Shown: positions 8,064 through 15,738 of the stretch, in pieces | How the letters are laid out: every line of letters starts with the position of its first letter | Position numbering within the stretch: the stretch's first letter is position 1 | IMG/VR virus record: IMGVR_UViG_3300024981_000003 | Direction: 5' to 3' (one strand) | Length of the DNA: 64,000 nucleotides | From: a virus | Notes under the pieces: model-generated | What the model was told of the DNA's origin: nothing | The model's database searches: none | Seen by the model: only the letters and a program-made list of their open reading frames with translations | Program-made: the position numbers and the translations under genes

Positions 8064-9712
8064 ACTCTTTGAAAGGTCGCGGCATGGCGAGCCAATCCGA
8101 AGAAATGCCGACAGATATTAGAACTGGGGGCGATTTCTGGGCTGAGAAGCGCGACGGGCGCTGGCAACTCCAGATGAGGCACCGTGGACCCGGCAGTAGT
8201 TTTTGCGTCGCCCAGATCAATCATTGGGCCGACAATTCAGAAGCGCTCACGACGCGCATCGTCACCGCCTGCAACGCCTATGAGCCAATGAGAGAGGCGC
8301 TTTCTAAGATCGCAAACTGCGGCCAATCGCAAGAACCGGATCACTGGCAGTTTCGCGTAATGGCGCGAGATACATCTAATGCCGCTCTCTCCACCCTCCC
8401 TGTAAACGACCGGCAGACATCAGATGATGCCGAGAGATTGCGGAAGGCTACTGCGGCCATCGAAGACGACGATCTGCGCAACGATCTCGCCGATATTTGC
8501 ACGCAAGCTCTGGCCGATGCACCTGAAGTCCTGGCCGACCCGCGCGGGCTCGATGTGCTGCTCGATGCTATCGTTTGTCTGTTCCGCGACAAAGCCCATG
8601 CCGCTCTTAAAGGCGTGCCTCAGCCTGCAACCCCGAAGGAAGCCGCAATGACCGAAGCTCAGATCAAGCACATGGTTGACCGCTTTCTGATGTGGAAGCT
8701 TCCGGAGCATTTCAATCCGGACGACGGCATCAGCTTTGACCCCGTCGCTAGCAAAGGGACGCCTTACGAGTTTCGGCGCTCGCCATCCGGAACGAACCTA
8801 TTCAGCGCCGAGCAAGCGACGGCAATGGTGCGCCACATGCTCGAAGGCTTGCCTCAGCCTGCAAGCGACATCAAGCCGTGGACATTCCAAGATCACGTCA
8901 AGCCCTGGATGCAGGAATGCTTCGGCCCAGAAATTGCGGCCGATACGGTAGAGCGCAATCACCGCTTCCTCGAAGAAGCTCTCGAACTCGTGCAATCCCT
9001 CGGCTGCTCGAAGGCGGAGGCGGTCGCCCTCGTCGATTACGTCTATGACCGACCAGTTGGCGAGCCGAAGCAGGAAGTCGGCGGCGTGATGGTAACGCTC
9101 GCAGCGCTCTGCCTCGCCAACGGCTTCGACATGCACAGCCTCGGCGATGTCGAACTTGAGCGCGTCTGGGGAAAGATCGACGCGATACGCGCCAAGCAGG
9201 CGTCGAAGCCGAAGAACTCGCCGTTGCCCGCTCAGCCTGCAAGTGATGACTATCAAGCTGACGCCGGTGCACCTGCTCTGTTCGAGAACGTCAACGGGGC
9301 AGAGGGATGGCAGCCTGAAGGCTCAGAAAACTTAATGGCGCTCCTAGATGCAATCCAACGCCTGGAGAAAGAACTTCCTGGTTGGTGGTGGAGCGTCGGC
9401 TCTTGCCACGTCTCGGCGGATGCTTCGATCGGGCCAATCAACCGACCATGGACGCATGCTTCCATTGGCCCCGATAGTGCTGGCCGCGATGCACATCTGT
9501 TGGAGGATAAGTTATTCGACGGCGGTTTCCATTGCGATCTTCGCCAACCAGCGACGTGTGCGGAATCATTGAACCAGGCAATTGATGAAGCACTTGCTGC
9601 GCGCCGTGATGCTGAGTTGAATTTCTCGAACGACGCCGAGCGCGACGCTGTCAGCTTGAAACCCGATACTTCCTCTCAGCCTGCAAGCGATAAATCCGGA
9701 GAGGGCAAATAG
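8060..9712 (+). CDS. Multidomain protein with central MazG-like NTP pyrophosphohydrolase domain
   Basis: ATGA-coupled start. Strings ERNHRFLEEALELVQSLG and EVGGVMVTLAALCLANGFD resemble a MazG helical core. Domains are separated by QPA(S/T) linkers. Confidence 0.55.
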   Translation: MNSLKGRGMASQSEEMPTDIRTGGDFWAEKRDGRWQLQMRHRGPGSSFCVAQINHWADNSEALTTRIVTACNAYEPMREALSKIANCGQSQEPDHWQFRVMARDTSNAALSTLPVNDRQTSDDAERLRKATAAIEDDDLRNDLADICTQALADAPEVLADPRGLDVLLDAIVCLFRDKAHAALKGVPQPATPKEAAMTEAQIKHMVDRFLMWKLPEHFNPDDGISFDPVASKGTPYEFRRSPSGTNLFSAEQATAMVRHMLEGLPQPASDIKPWTFQDHVKPWMQECFGPEIAADTVERNHRFLEEALELVQSLGCSKAEAVALVDYVYDRPVGEPKQEVGGVMVTLAALCLANGFDMHSLGDVELERVWGKIDAIRAKQASKPKNSPLPAQPASDDYQADAGAPALFENVNGAEGWQPEGSENLMALLDAIQRLEKELPGWWWSVGSCHVSADASIGPINRPWTHASIGPDSAGRDAHLLEDKLFDGGFHCDLRQPATCAESLNQAIDEALAARRDAELNFSNDAERDAVSLKPDTSSQPASDKSGEGK

Positions 9713-9980
9713 ATGAGCTACGAAGCATGGGGCGACGGCGACCAAGACGACGGACGCGGCTTTACCGAAGATCGCATGGAAGAATTCTTTGCCCTCGGCG
9801 CTGCTCAGATGCGCGAAATGTTAGCGCGGTTTGTTGAACAAGGCGGCGACACCAGAACCGCCAACAGTATCCGCCTCAACTGGAATCCTTCATGGGGGAA
9901 GGACCCAGGCCGTCCCATTCGAATTGCTGGCGACGCGTGGGATGCGGACAATATTGACGTCGAACAGCCTGCAAGCGAAG
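8617..9980 (+). repeat. Five dispersed copies of CAGCCTGCAA(G/C)(C/T)GA (junction motif J1, encodes QPA[ST])
   Basis: Copies at 8621-8630, 8855-8868, 9233-9246, 9678-9691 and 9964-9977. All in the same orientation and reading frame context. Confidence 0.7.
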
Positions 9981-10012
9981 CGTGGAAGCTCAGCACTGAT
10001 GAGGTGCTGTGA
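9713..10012 (+). CDS. Hypothetical protein (99 aa)
   Basis: ATG one nt after the upstream stop. Acidic. Contains a fifth QPAS junction motif. Confidence 0.55.
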   Translation: MSYEAWGDGDQDDGRGFTEDRMEEFFALGAAQMREMLARFVEQGGDTRTANSIRLNWNPSWGKDPGRPIRIAGDAWDADNIDVEQPASEAWKLSTDEVL

Positions 10013-10013
10013 C

Positions 10014-10277
10014 ATGAGCAAACTCGGGCTTGTCGACACCGTGAAGGTCGAGATCGAGGTGCAAGGCATCGACCTAATCGCCCTCAAGAAGCTGTCATTG
10101 GTATCGCACGCTTTGGCAAAGAAGATCGGCGGAATGGCCGGGCAAGAGCAAGCAACGCTGGCCAGCGTCCTCGACGATGTAATCCGACAGATAGAGATCG
10201 GATGCGCCACCTCGCTCATGGACGACAACCGCGCTGCTCTAAGCGCCCCCTCTACAGATGCAAAGGTGCGGGGATGA
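10014..10277 (+). CDS. Hypothetical protein (87 aa)
   Basis: ATG at 10014 directly follows the upstream stop. Ends in the APST junction element. Confidence 0.5.
   Translation: MSKLGLVDTVKVEIEVQGIDLIALKKLSLVSHALAKKIGGMAGQEQATLASVLDDVIRQIEIGCATSLMDDNRAALSAPSTDAKVRG
10243..10277 (+). repeat. Junction element J2, copy a (3-nt insertion variant)
   Basis: GCGCCCCCTCTACAGATGCAAAGGTGCGGGGATGA. Contains the SD, the ATG of the next gene and the stop of the previous gene. Confidence 0.65.
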
Positions 10278-10720
10278 CGAAACCTCAACGCATCCAATTG
10301 AAGCGCACCAAGGGCTGGAAGATGCCGCCCAACACCGTGAAAGTCGATCGCTCGACGAGGTGGGGCAACCCTTGGCGCATTGGCGCCAACATGAGCGATG
10401 ACGACGCTCCTGGCGGAGACATCAACGGTAACGGCGAAGTGCAACCAAAAGGTTGGCGCACATGCAGGACCGCCGCAGATTGCGTGCAGGCATTTCGCAA
10501 CAGTGTCGATTGGGACCCGGACGCGCCGTGGGGTATCGGCAATCTAGTTTGCCAAGGCGGCTTTGGTCCAGAACACAAGAACCGCAAGACGATCCGAGCC
10601 GAACTTCGCGGCAAGAACCTCGCCTGCTGGTGCAAGCTCGGAGAGCCGTGCCACGCCGACGTTCTTCTTGAAATCGCCAACGCTGATGAAGCGCCCTCTA
10701 CAGAAAAGGGGCGGGGATGA
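10274..10720 (+). CDS. DUF4326-like protein
   Basis: Strings VDRSTRWGNPW and LACWCKLGEPCHADVL are typical of DUF4326. ATGA-coupled start. Confidence 0.6.
   Translation: MTKPQRIQLKRTKGWKMPPNTVKVDRSTRWGNPWRIGANMSDDDAPGGDINGNGEVQPKGWRTCRTAADCVQAFRNSVDWDPDAPWGIGNLVCQGGFGPEHKNRKTIRAELRGKNLACWCKLGEPCHADVLLEIANADEAPSTEKGRG
10691..10720 (+). repeat. Junction element J2, copy b
   Basis: GCGCCCTCTACAGAAAAGGGGCGGGGATGA. Confidence 0.7.
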
Positions 10721-11469
10721 AAGATCGCAGGACCGTGTGCTGGTTTAGCGCGGGCGCGGCATCGGCCGTAGCGACGAAGCTGACGCTCGCCAGCAATCCA
10801 GATGCCGTTGTCGCCTATTGCGAGACGGGCTCGGAGCATCCCGACAACGAGCGGTTTATTGCCGATTGCGAACGCTGGTTCGGGAAGCCGGTCGAACGCC
10901 TGAAATCAGACCGCTACGTCGATACGTGGGATGTTTTTGAGAAGCGCCGCTATCTCGCTGGCAACGACGGCGCGCCCTGCACGGTCGAACTCAAGGTTAT
11001 GCCGCGCCTCGCATGGCAGCAGCTAACCGACGAGCATGTCTTTGGGTACACAGCGGACGGCGCTGACAGCAAGCGGGCCGACCGGCTACGACACAACTAT
11101 TTTGAGTTGACGATCAAGACGCCGCTCATCGAGAGGGGGCTGGATAAAGCGGCGTGCCTTGCATTGGTTCAAGGTGCCGGGATTAGGCTTCCGATTATGT
11201 ACAGACTTGGGTTCGGCAATAATAATTGCATCCCCTGCGTTAAGGCCACATCTCCGGATTATTGGGCGCTCGTTCGGAAGGTGTTTCCGTCCGCATTTTG
11301 GCGCATGGCAAAACTCTCGCGCGAACTTGGCGTTCGTCTCACGCGCATCAACGGCGAACGCATCTTCATTGACGAGATACCGGACGATTGGCCCACCGCC
11401 GATCCCATTCAGCCCGCCTGCGACTTCCTTTGCCACATCGCAGAGCAAGACCTTGAGGCTGCCGAATGA
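10717..11469 (+). CDS. PAPS-reductase-like (PP-loop ATPase superfamily) protein
   Basis: N-terminal VCWFSAGAASAV (variant PP-loop) and the overall pattern of phage PAPS-reductase-family proteins. ATGA-coupled start. Confidence 0.6.
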   Translation: MKDRRTVCWFSAGAASAVATKLTLASNPDAVVAYCETGSEHPDNERFIADCERWFGKPVERLKSDRYVDTWDVFEKRRYLAGNDGAPCTVELKVMPRLAWQQLTDEHVFGYTADGADSKRADRLRHNYFELTIKTPLIERGLDKAACLALVQGAGIRLPIMYRLGFGNNNCIPCVKATSPDYWALVRKVFPSAFWRMAKLSRELGVRLTRINGERIFIDEIPDDWPTADPIQPACDFLCHIAEQDLEAAE

Positions 11470-11484
11470 CCAACGCTGAATTGC

Positions 11485-11516
11485 GCGCCCCCTCTACAGA
11501 AAAGGGGCGGGGATGA
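11485..11516 (+). repeat. Junction element J2, copy c (intergenic)
   Basis: GCGCCCCCTCTACAGAAAAGGGGCGGGGATGA. The upstream gene already ends at 11469. Confidence 0.7.
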
Positions 11517-11845
11517 GCGATAGACCCCTATGCTCAATAGAGCGTGATGACCGGAATTTCTGGCACATCAACGTCTACTACGCTGCCGATTGGAGCGAAG
11601 TACCGGAAGGCACACCGCCAGACGCGTTCGCGACAACCGAGGACGGGGCATCCGTAGATGATGCTATCGAACTGGCGCGCAGCAAGTTTCAGCCCTCTAC
11701 GATCTGCGTTTGGGACACCTGCATCGATTGTAGTGGCGTTGGCGAAGACGCCGAAGGGTTTACGTGCTGCGAGTGCAATGGCGAAGGTATTAGTTGCGAG
11801 GACATCGGCGACGGAGCCCCCTCTACTAATGGAGCGGTGAAGTGA
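11513..11845 (+). CDS. Cys-rich hypothetical protein (DnaJ-like CxxCxGxG zinc ribbon)
   Basis: String CIDCSGVGEDAEGFTCCECNGEG. Preceded by the junction element that contains the SD. Confidence 0.55.
   Translation: MSDRPLCSIERDDRNFWHINVYYAADWSEVPEGTPPDAFATTEDGASVDDAIELARSKFQPSTICVWDTCIDCSGVGEDAEGFTCCECNGEGISCEDIGDGAPSTNGAVK
11814..11845 (+). repeat. Junction element J2, copy d (5' half only)
   Basis: GAGCCCCCTCTACTAATGGAGCGGTGAAGTGA. Shares GCCCCCTCTAC and the stop/start overlap. Confidence 0.45.
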
Positions 11846-12309
11846 GCGAGACATGCTTTCAATTTCGCGTCGACGGTCGGGCGGGAAACTCACCGATCCG
11901 AAACACATGGGCAGAAGCCGCAGCGGATGCGGTTCGGGCAGGTTATGCGAGCTGGCGCAAGTGTGGGATTGAAATTGCATTCGATCCAACATCAGGCGGC
12001 GAGATTGCCCGACTGCCCGGCAAGGACGCCGAGATCGCGTCCCTTCGCGCTCAACTCGATGAGGCGAAAGAACGTGCGCATTACGCAACTGGCGTGGCTG
12101 AGACTAATATTAAGCGCGCAAACGAAGCCGCCGATGAGGCGAGGCGTAAGGCGATAGAGGAATGCGCGGCTGTTGTTATCGCAATGCGCGAGGGGTTTCT
12201 CTCCCCAGAGTACGCCACGGGGCAGCCCCTAAGCTCAATGAATGAGCGCATCGCATGCTCGATGATTCTCAATAACCTGACCGCCCTTCTTTCGGAGAGC
12301 AAGACATAA
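11842..12309 (+). CDS. Hypothetical protein (155 aa)
   Basis: GTG start overlaps the upstream stop (GTGA). GGAG lies 7 nt upstream. Confidence 0.5.
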   Translation: MSETCFQFRVDGRAGNSPIRNTWAEAAADAVRAGYASWRKCGIEIAFDPTSGGEIARLPGKDAEIASLRAQLDEAKERAHYATGVAETNIKRANEAADEARRKAIEECAAVVIAMREGFLSPEYATGQPLSSMNERIACSMILNNLTALLSESKT

Positions 12310-12575
12310 TGGACGACGCATCAACTCGTGAGATCTACGAAGCCGAGCGGCCTCAAGATGCGATTGCAGATTACAAGGCTGAGAATGCCCGCCTCACCGC
12401 CCGTATAGCAGAGCTTGAAAAGGCGCTGAAGGATGCGCAGCAAACAATGCGCAACGCGTGGGGTGCCGTGACGACAAACCAGATAGCCGATAAGGGCGTC
12501 GCTGAAATGCTGAAAGACGGCGTTCGACACGCCCGCACCACTCTTGAAGCATCTGAACGTGGGGGTGGGGAGTGA
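12309..12575 (+). CDS. Hypothetical coiled-coil protein (88 aa)
   Basis: TAATG stop/start overlap. Heptad-like, charged sequence. Confidence 0.5.
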   Translation: MDDASTREIYEAERPQDAIADYKAENARLTARIAELEKALKDAQQTMRNAWGAVTTNQIADKGVAEMLKDGVRHARTTLEASERGGGE

Positions 12576-12706
12576 CCGAGGTTTGCAATTTTGATCAGGC
12601 AGGCAATTACGCCTGGGCAATCGCCGTTATCGGCGTCGCGTTTGCGATTGCGTGGGTGCGTGTTGAGCGCTGGCGCGCCGTGGGAGACAAAACCAATGGA
12701 CTTTGA
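12572..12706 (+). CDS. Possible small membrane protein (44 aa, GTG start)
   Basis: Hand-translated VTEVCNFDQAGNYAWAIAVIGVAFAIAWVRVERW... One TM helix. GTGA overlap with the upstream stop. Fills an otherwise unexplained gap. Confidence 0.3.
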   Translation: MTEVCNFDQAGNYAWAIAVIGVAFAIAWVRVERWRAVGDKTNGL

Positions 12707-13115
12707 ATCCCTCCGCTCCCTACAGAAGCGCATACGTGAGGCTAAGGGGGCTGACAGAGCGCTTGATGGTGCAATAGCCCAGACGCTGCTCGGCTGGACG
12801 TTTGTGAAAATGAAGGGCGACCAGAAGCCCTACTACCGCACGCCGGACCAGACGCAGTTCTACCAGCGATCCGAGCCGCCACGCTACACTCTCGATCCAG
12901 ACGGCCTTGGCTCGTGTGTGGCGCTGCTCGAAGCGGTGCTGCCGGGGTGCAAATGGGAACGCGATCGTTGTGGGTCCCTTCGTATATGGCACCCAGACAA
13001 CGGTGCAGGACCGTCGATAGTGTTCGCGCCCGCCAACGACTGTCTGACATTTCTCTACGCCATCGTGGGTGCCCTGATTGCCCAGGAAGAGGCAAAGGAG
13101 AAAGCCGATGTCTGA
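12696..13115 (+). CDS. Hypothetical protein (139 aa)
   Basis: ATG at 12696 within track ORF 12591-13115. The C-terminus is encoded by junction repeat J3. Confidence 0.55.
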   Translation: MDFESLRSLQKRIREAKGADRALDGAIAQTLLGWTFVKMKGDQKPYYRTPDQTQFYQRSEPPRYTLDPDGLGSCVALLEAVLPGCKWERDRCGSLRIWHPDNGAGPSIVFAPANDCLTFLYAIVGALIAQEEAKEKADV

Positions 13116-13117
13116 CG
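13084..13117 (+). repeat. Junction element J3, copy 1
   Basis: AGGAAGAGGCAAAGGAGAAAGCCGATGTCTGACG. Matches 14105-14138 at 31 of 34 positions. Confidence 0.7.
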
Positions 13118-13386
13118 AAATCAGGTGGGCGATTTCCGATGCTCTTGCGTCCGCTCTCCCGCGCTGTGGCGAATGCTTCTTCTGGATGAAGTCGCGAGAC
13201 TGCCCGAGGGAGCACAATGTTCAGGGAATTAGCCGTGGTCCATCATCTGGCGACGCGACCTGTGTCAAGTTCGAGGCGAAGGACGCGGAGACGGCATCAG
13301 CGATTGCAGAGCGGTGGAAACCCGCTGATGCGTATTTGAGACGCCGGATCAAGGAAGAAGCAAAGCATACGGAGAAAGCGGGATGA
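13108..13386 (+). CDS. Hypothetical Cys-containing protein (92 aa)
   Basis: SD AAGGAGAAAG before ATG 13108. Bounded by junction repeats J3 and J4. Confidence 0.5.
   Translation: MSDEIRWAISDALASALPRCGECFFWMKSRDCPREHNVQGISRGPSSGDATCVKFEAKDAETASAIAERWKPADAYLRRRIKEEAKHTEKAG
13358..13381 (+). repeat. Junction element J4, copy 1
   Basis: AAGCAAAGCATACGGAGAAAGCGG. Identical 24-mer at 14358-14381. Confidence 0.7.
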
Positions 13387-13793
13387 AGACGCGGGATCGC
13401 GTTCGACGCTACGCAAAAGCTAACCCCGACGCTACGATCAGGGACATCCAGCAAGCGTTGGAAATCTCGTCGCCATCAGTTGTGCACTACCACCTGCATT
13501 CACGGACCGTCCGCGACCGCATCGATGAGCTTAAAGCTCTGACCGAAAAACAATCGAGCGTGCTCCGCATACTTCGCGCCTACGTCAGGAATCATGGCCA
13601 CGCACCGACACTTGCAGAGCTTTGCGATCTGACGATGACCAAATCTGTCGGATCGATGCACAAGATGCTGAGCACGCTCGTCGACAAAGGCTTTCTCGAA
13701 AAGCGCTCCGGTGAATGGAACTCAGTCCGCTTGAAAGACGTGTGCCCGTGCTGCGGCCAGAACCTGCGTAAGGAGCAAGTGGGGACGCCGTGA
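13383..13793 (+). CDS. LexA-N-terminal-like winged-helix DNA-binding protein (no peptidase domain)
   Basis: LTEKQSSVLRILRAYVRNHGHAPTLAELCD...MHKMLSTLVDKGFLEKRSG..VRL matches the LexA DNA-binding-domain pattern. C-terminal CPCC. Confidence 0.55.
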   Translation: MKTRDRVRRYAKANPDATIRDIQQALEISSPSVVHYHLHSRTVRDRIDELKALTEKQSSVLRILRAYVRNHGHAPTLAELCDLTMTKSVGSMHKMLSTLVDKGFLEKRSGEWNSVRLKDVCPCCGQNLRKEQVGTP

Positions 13794-14086
13794 GGGACGA
13801 ACTTGACCATATTCTATCGCTGTATCAGGCGGTGACGGTCGCAGAGAAGCGCTTGTTCCGTGGGGGGGCAGACGCATGGGAAGAGACTTGCGACGTTCAC
13901 AACGAACGCATCGATGCGCTTTTTGCCGAACTCAATCGGCTGCTCGCGATACGTTCCGGCCAAGAACCGAAGTTGCCGATCGCTGAGCATGTGAAGAACA
14001 CCGAGAAGCGTTGGAAAAAAGAAGTCAAAGCCGAGATTAAACGCGAGTTGGCAGACGTTATTGGGATCTATCTCCATGATTTGTAG
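13790..14086 (+). CDS. Hypothetical protein (98 aa, GTG start)
   Basis: GTGA overlap with the upstream stop. Charged helical sequence. Confidence 0.45.
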   Translation: MRDELDHILSLYQAVTVAEKRLFRGGADAWEETCDVHNERIDALFAELNRLLAIRSGQEPKLPIAEHVKNTEKRWKKEVKAEIKRELADVIGIYLHDL

Positions 14087-14104
14087 TTGCCGACGTCATG
14101 GTCG

Positions 14105-14138
14105 AGGAAGAAGCAAAGGAGAAAGCTGATGTCTGAGG
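14105..14138 (+). repeat. Junction element J3, copy 2 (partly intergenic remnant)
   Basis: AGGAAGAAGCAAAGGAGAAAGCTGATGTCTGAGG. Confidence 0.7.
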
Positions 14139-14389
14139 ATTCAAAAACACTGTGGTGCATTGAGGTCGTTGGGCCTGATGATTGGCATGCAGCCAAGTCG
14201 CTTACGCACGCCAGAGAAATGGCGGGCAAGATAAACGAGCAGATTTGCCGGCGTGGCCATGATGATGAAAACGAGCCCAATGTGTGGGCCGTCCCTCGGA
14301 TTTGGCCATGGAGCGCCGAGCAGCATGCTCAATCGCTCAAAGAATTGGACTGCGGTCAAGCAAAGCATACGGAGAAAGCGGATGCATGA
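14129..14389 (+). CDS. Hypothetical protein (86 aa)
   Basis: Same SD and start context (J3) as gene 13108-13386, with an unrelated body. Ends in J4. Confidence 0.5.
   Translation: MSEDSKTLWCIEVVGPDDWHAAKSLTHAREMAGKINEQICRRGHDDENEPNVWAVPRIWPWSAEQHAQSLKELDCGQAKHTEKADA
14358..14381 (+). repeat. Junction element J4, copy 2
   Basis: Identical to 13358-13381. Confidence 0.7.
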
Positions 14390-14756
14390 ATCGCGTGGGG
14401 CTGGTTACGACAAACTCTGGGGTTGGTTCGGCCTCAGCTACGCATCGTTCTGCACCTTGCCCCGCATTCTCATGCACGAAATGCCCGACGCATGGCAGTC
14501 GAAGATGGCCGACCTGCTCGCTGAGTTCGACGCAACGTTCCAAACGTCGGAACTGCCACGCTGCAAGGTGATGGCGATCGATGAAAGCGGCAAATTCAGT
14601 CGTTGGCCGGACTGGCTGTTGCACTATCGCCGGCCGGAACTTTCACGCGTTCTTCGCCTTCGCTGCAAGCCCTGCGACGCCTGCGGAAAACTCAGCCATG
14701 AGTGCCCGTGCATCGACGCTCTGATCGCAAAAGCAGCAGCAGGGAACAACGTATGA
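14382..14756 (+). CDS. Hypothetical protein (124 aa)
   Basis: ATG at 14382 in the frame of track ORF 14253-14756. C-terminal Cys cluster CKPCDACGKLSHECPC. Confidence 0.5.
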   Translation: MHESRGAGYDKLWGWFGLSYASFCTLPRILMHEMPDAWQSKMADLLAEFDATFQTSELPRCKVMAIDESGKFSRWPDWLLHYRRPELSRVLRLRCKPCDACGKLSHECPCIDALIAKAAAGNNV

Positions 14757-15127
14757 CCCTCGAGGCCTTCATCCCCAGCCGCAACGCAACCGTTGCCTGC
14801 GGAACCTGCCGGCTCTGCTGCCGGAAAAGCATCATCCCGCTCTTGCCCGAGCACGGTGACGACGTCGCCAGCTACCACACCCAGATCATCAACGGCCATG
14901 TCGCGCTCGCGATGCAGCCGAACGGCGATTGCATCTATCTCGGGCCCGACGGCTGCACAATTCATGGCCATCACCCCGCCGTCTGCCGCACCTACGACTG
15001 CGCCGAACACTACTTGAGCCTGACAGGCGAACAACGGCGTGAGGCGATCGCATTGGGATGGATCTCGAAGGCAATCCTCGATGCCGGCCGGGAACGCGCC
15101 ACTGTGCCAAATACGGGTGACGAATGA
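14753..15127 (+). CDS. YkgJ-type (UPF0153) cysteine-cluster protein
   Basis: CGTCRLCC (CxxCxxCC) plus downstream Cys and His residues. ATGA-coupled start. Confidence 0.6.
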   Translation: MTLEAFIPSRNATVACGTCRLCCRKSIIPLLPEHGDDVASYHTQIINGHVALAMQPNGDCIYLGPDGCTIHGHHPAVCRTYDCAEHYLSLTGEQRREAIALGWISKAILDAGRERATVPNTGDE

Positions 15128-15501
15128 ACGAGTTTGGCCACATCGCCACAATCGGTAACGGGATTTGCATCGACGCGTGGGGCGCCGGTCCCTTTGTCAT
15201 TATCGCCGACGATACCCCATACCGGTTCGAGGATTCCGATCGCTTCGGTCCATCCCTCGTCACTAAGCTAGGCGAACTCTGCGCAAATCCTTGGCCAAGC
15301 GCGCGATCACCGTTTTGGCGAGCGCATCGCATCTGGGTGCGCCAAGGTCGTCGGCTCGCGGATGATAAAATAACGTGCATCTGGGATGAACCGAAGCCTA
15401 CGACGATCCAACACATGGGCGGCCGGCATTGGATGGTCGTCGACGATGGCGACGAAGACGGGGCAACAATAAAACTGGCGCGGCCAAGACAAAAAAAATA
15501 G
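15124..15501 (+). CDS. Hypothetical protein (125 aa), last gene of the plus-strand operon
   Basis: ATGA-coupled start. Followed by the convergent terminator region. Confidence 0.55.
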   Translation: MNEFGHIATIGNGICIDAWGAGPFVIIADDTPYRFEDSDRFGPSLVTKLGELCANPWPSARSPFWRAHRIWVRQGRRLADDKITCIWDEPKPTTIQHMGGRHWMVVDDGDEDGATIKLARPRQKK

Positions 15502-15552
15502 CGCCCTCCCTGCCGGCGCTACAGGCGGAGCGCTTTAATGGCAGGGAGGGCG
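15491..15552 (-). terminator. Rho-independent terminator ending the minus-strand late operon (convergence point of both operons)
   Basis: 13-bp stem CGCCCTCCCTGCC (15502-15514) pairs with GGCAGGGAGGGCG (15540-15552). Followed on the minus strand by UAUUUUUUUU. An inner GCGCT/AGCGC hairpin plus TTTAAT may serve the plus strand. Confidence 0.8.
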
Positions 15553-15609
15553 ACGGCCGCACGGGGTAGAAGCTGGGGACTTCAGGGCGGCCGATCCGAA
15601 TGAACCGCG

Positions 15610-15738
15610 TCAGCCTGGCGCCGCCGTGATCGCAAAATGTGGAAGCCGCGGCAGCGGACGTATCGTTTCCGCGTTCAAAACATTCAACGCGCCGACAACC
15701 AAGCCGACGCCGATCAAACTCCAAATCCAGCGCCGCAC
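15610..15738 (-). CDS. Possible small membrane protein (42 aa, GTG start)
   Basis: Hand-translated VRRWIWSLIGVGLVVGALNVLN... TAGTG overlap with the upstream stop. One TM helix. Confidence 0.3.
   Translation of the reverse strand: MRRWIWSLIGVGLVVGALNVLNAETIRPLPRLPHFAITAAPG

Noticed and set aside
8617-14381. Possible CRISPR array or integron attC array formed by the short junction repeats
   Set aside because: The repeats belong to several unrelated families, have irregular spacing of 0.2-1 kb, and lie within or overlap coding sequence and start codons. No cas or intI gene is present. This is not CRISPR and not a classical integron.
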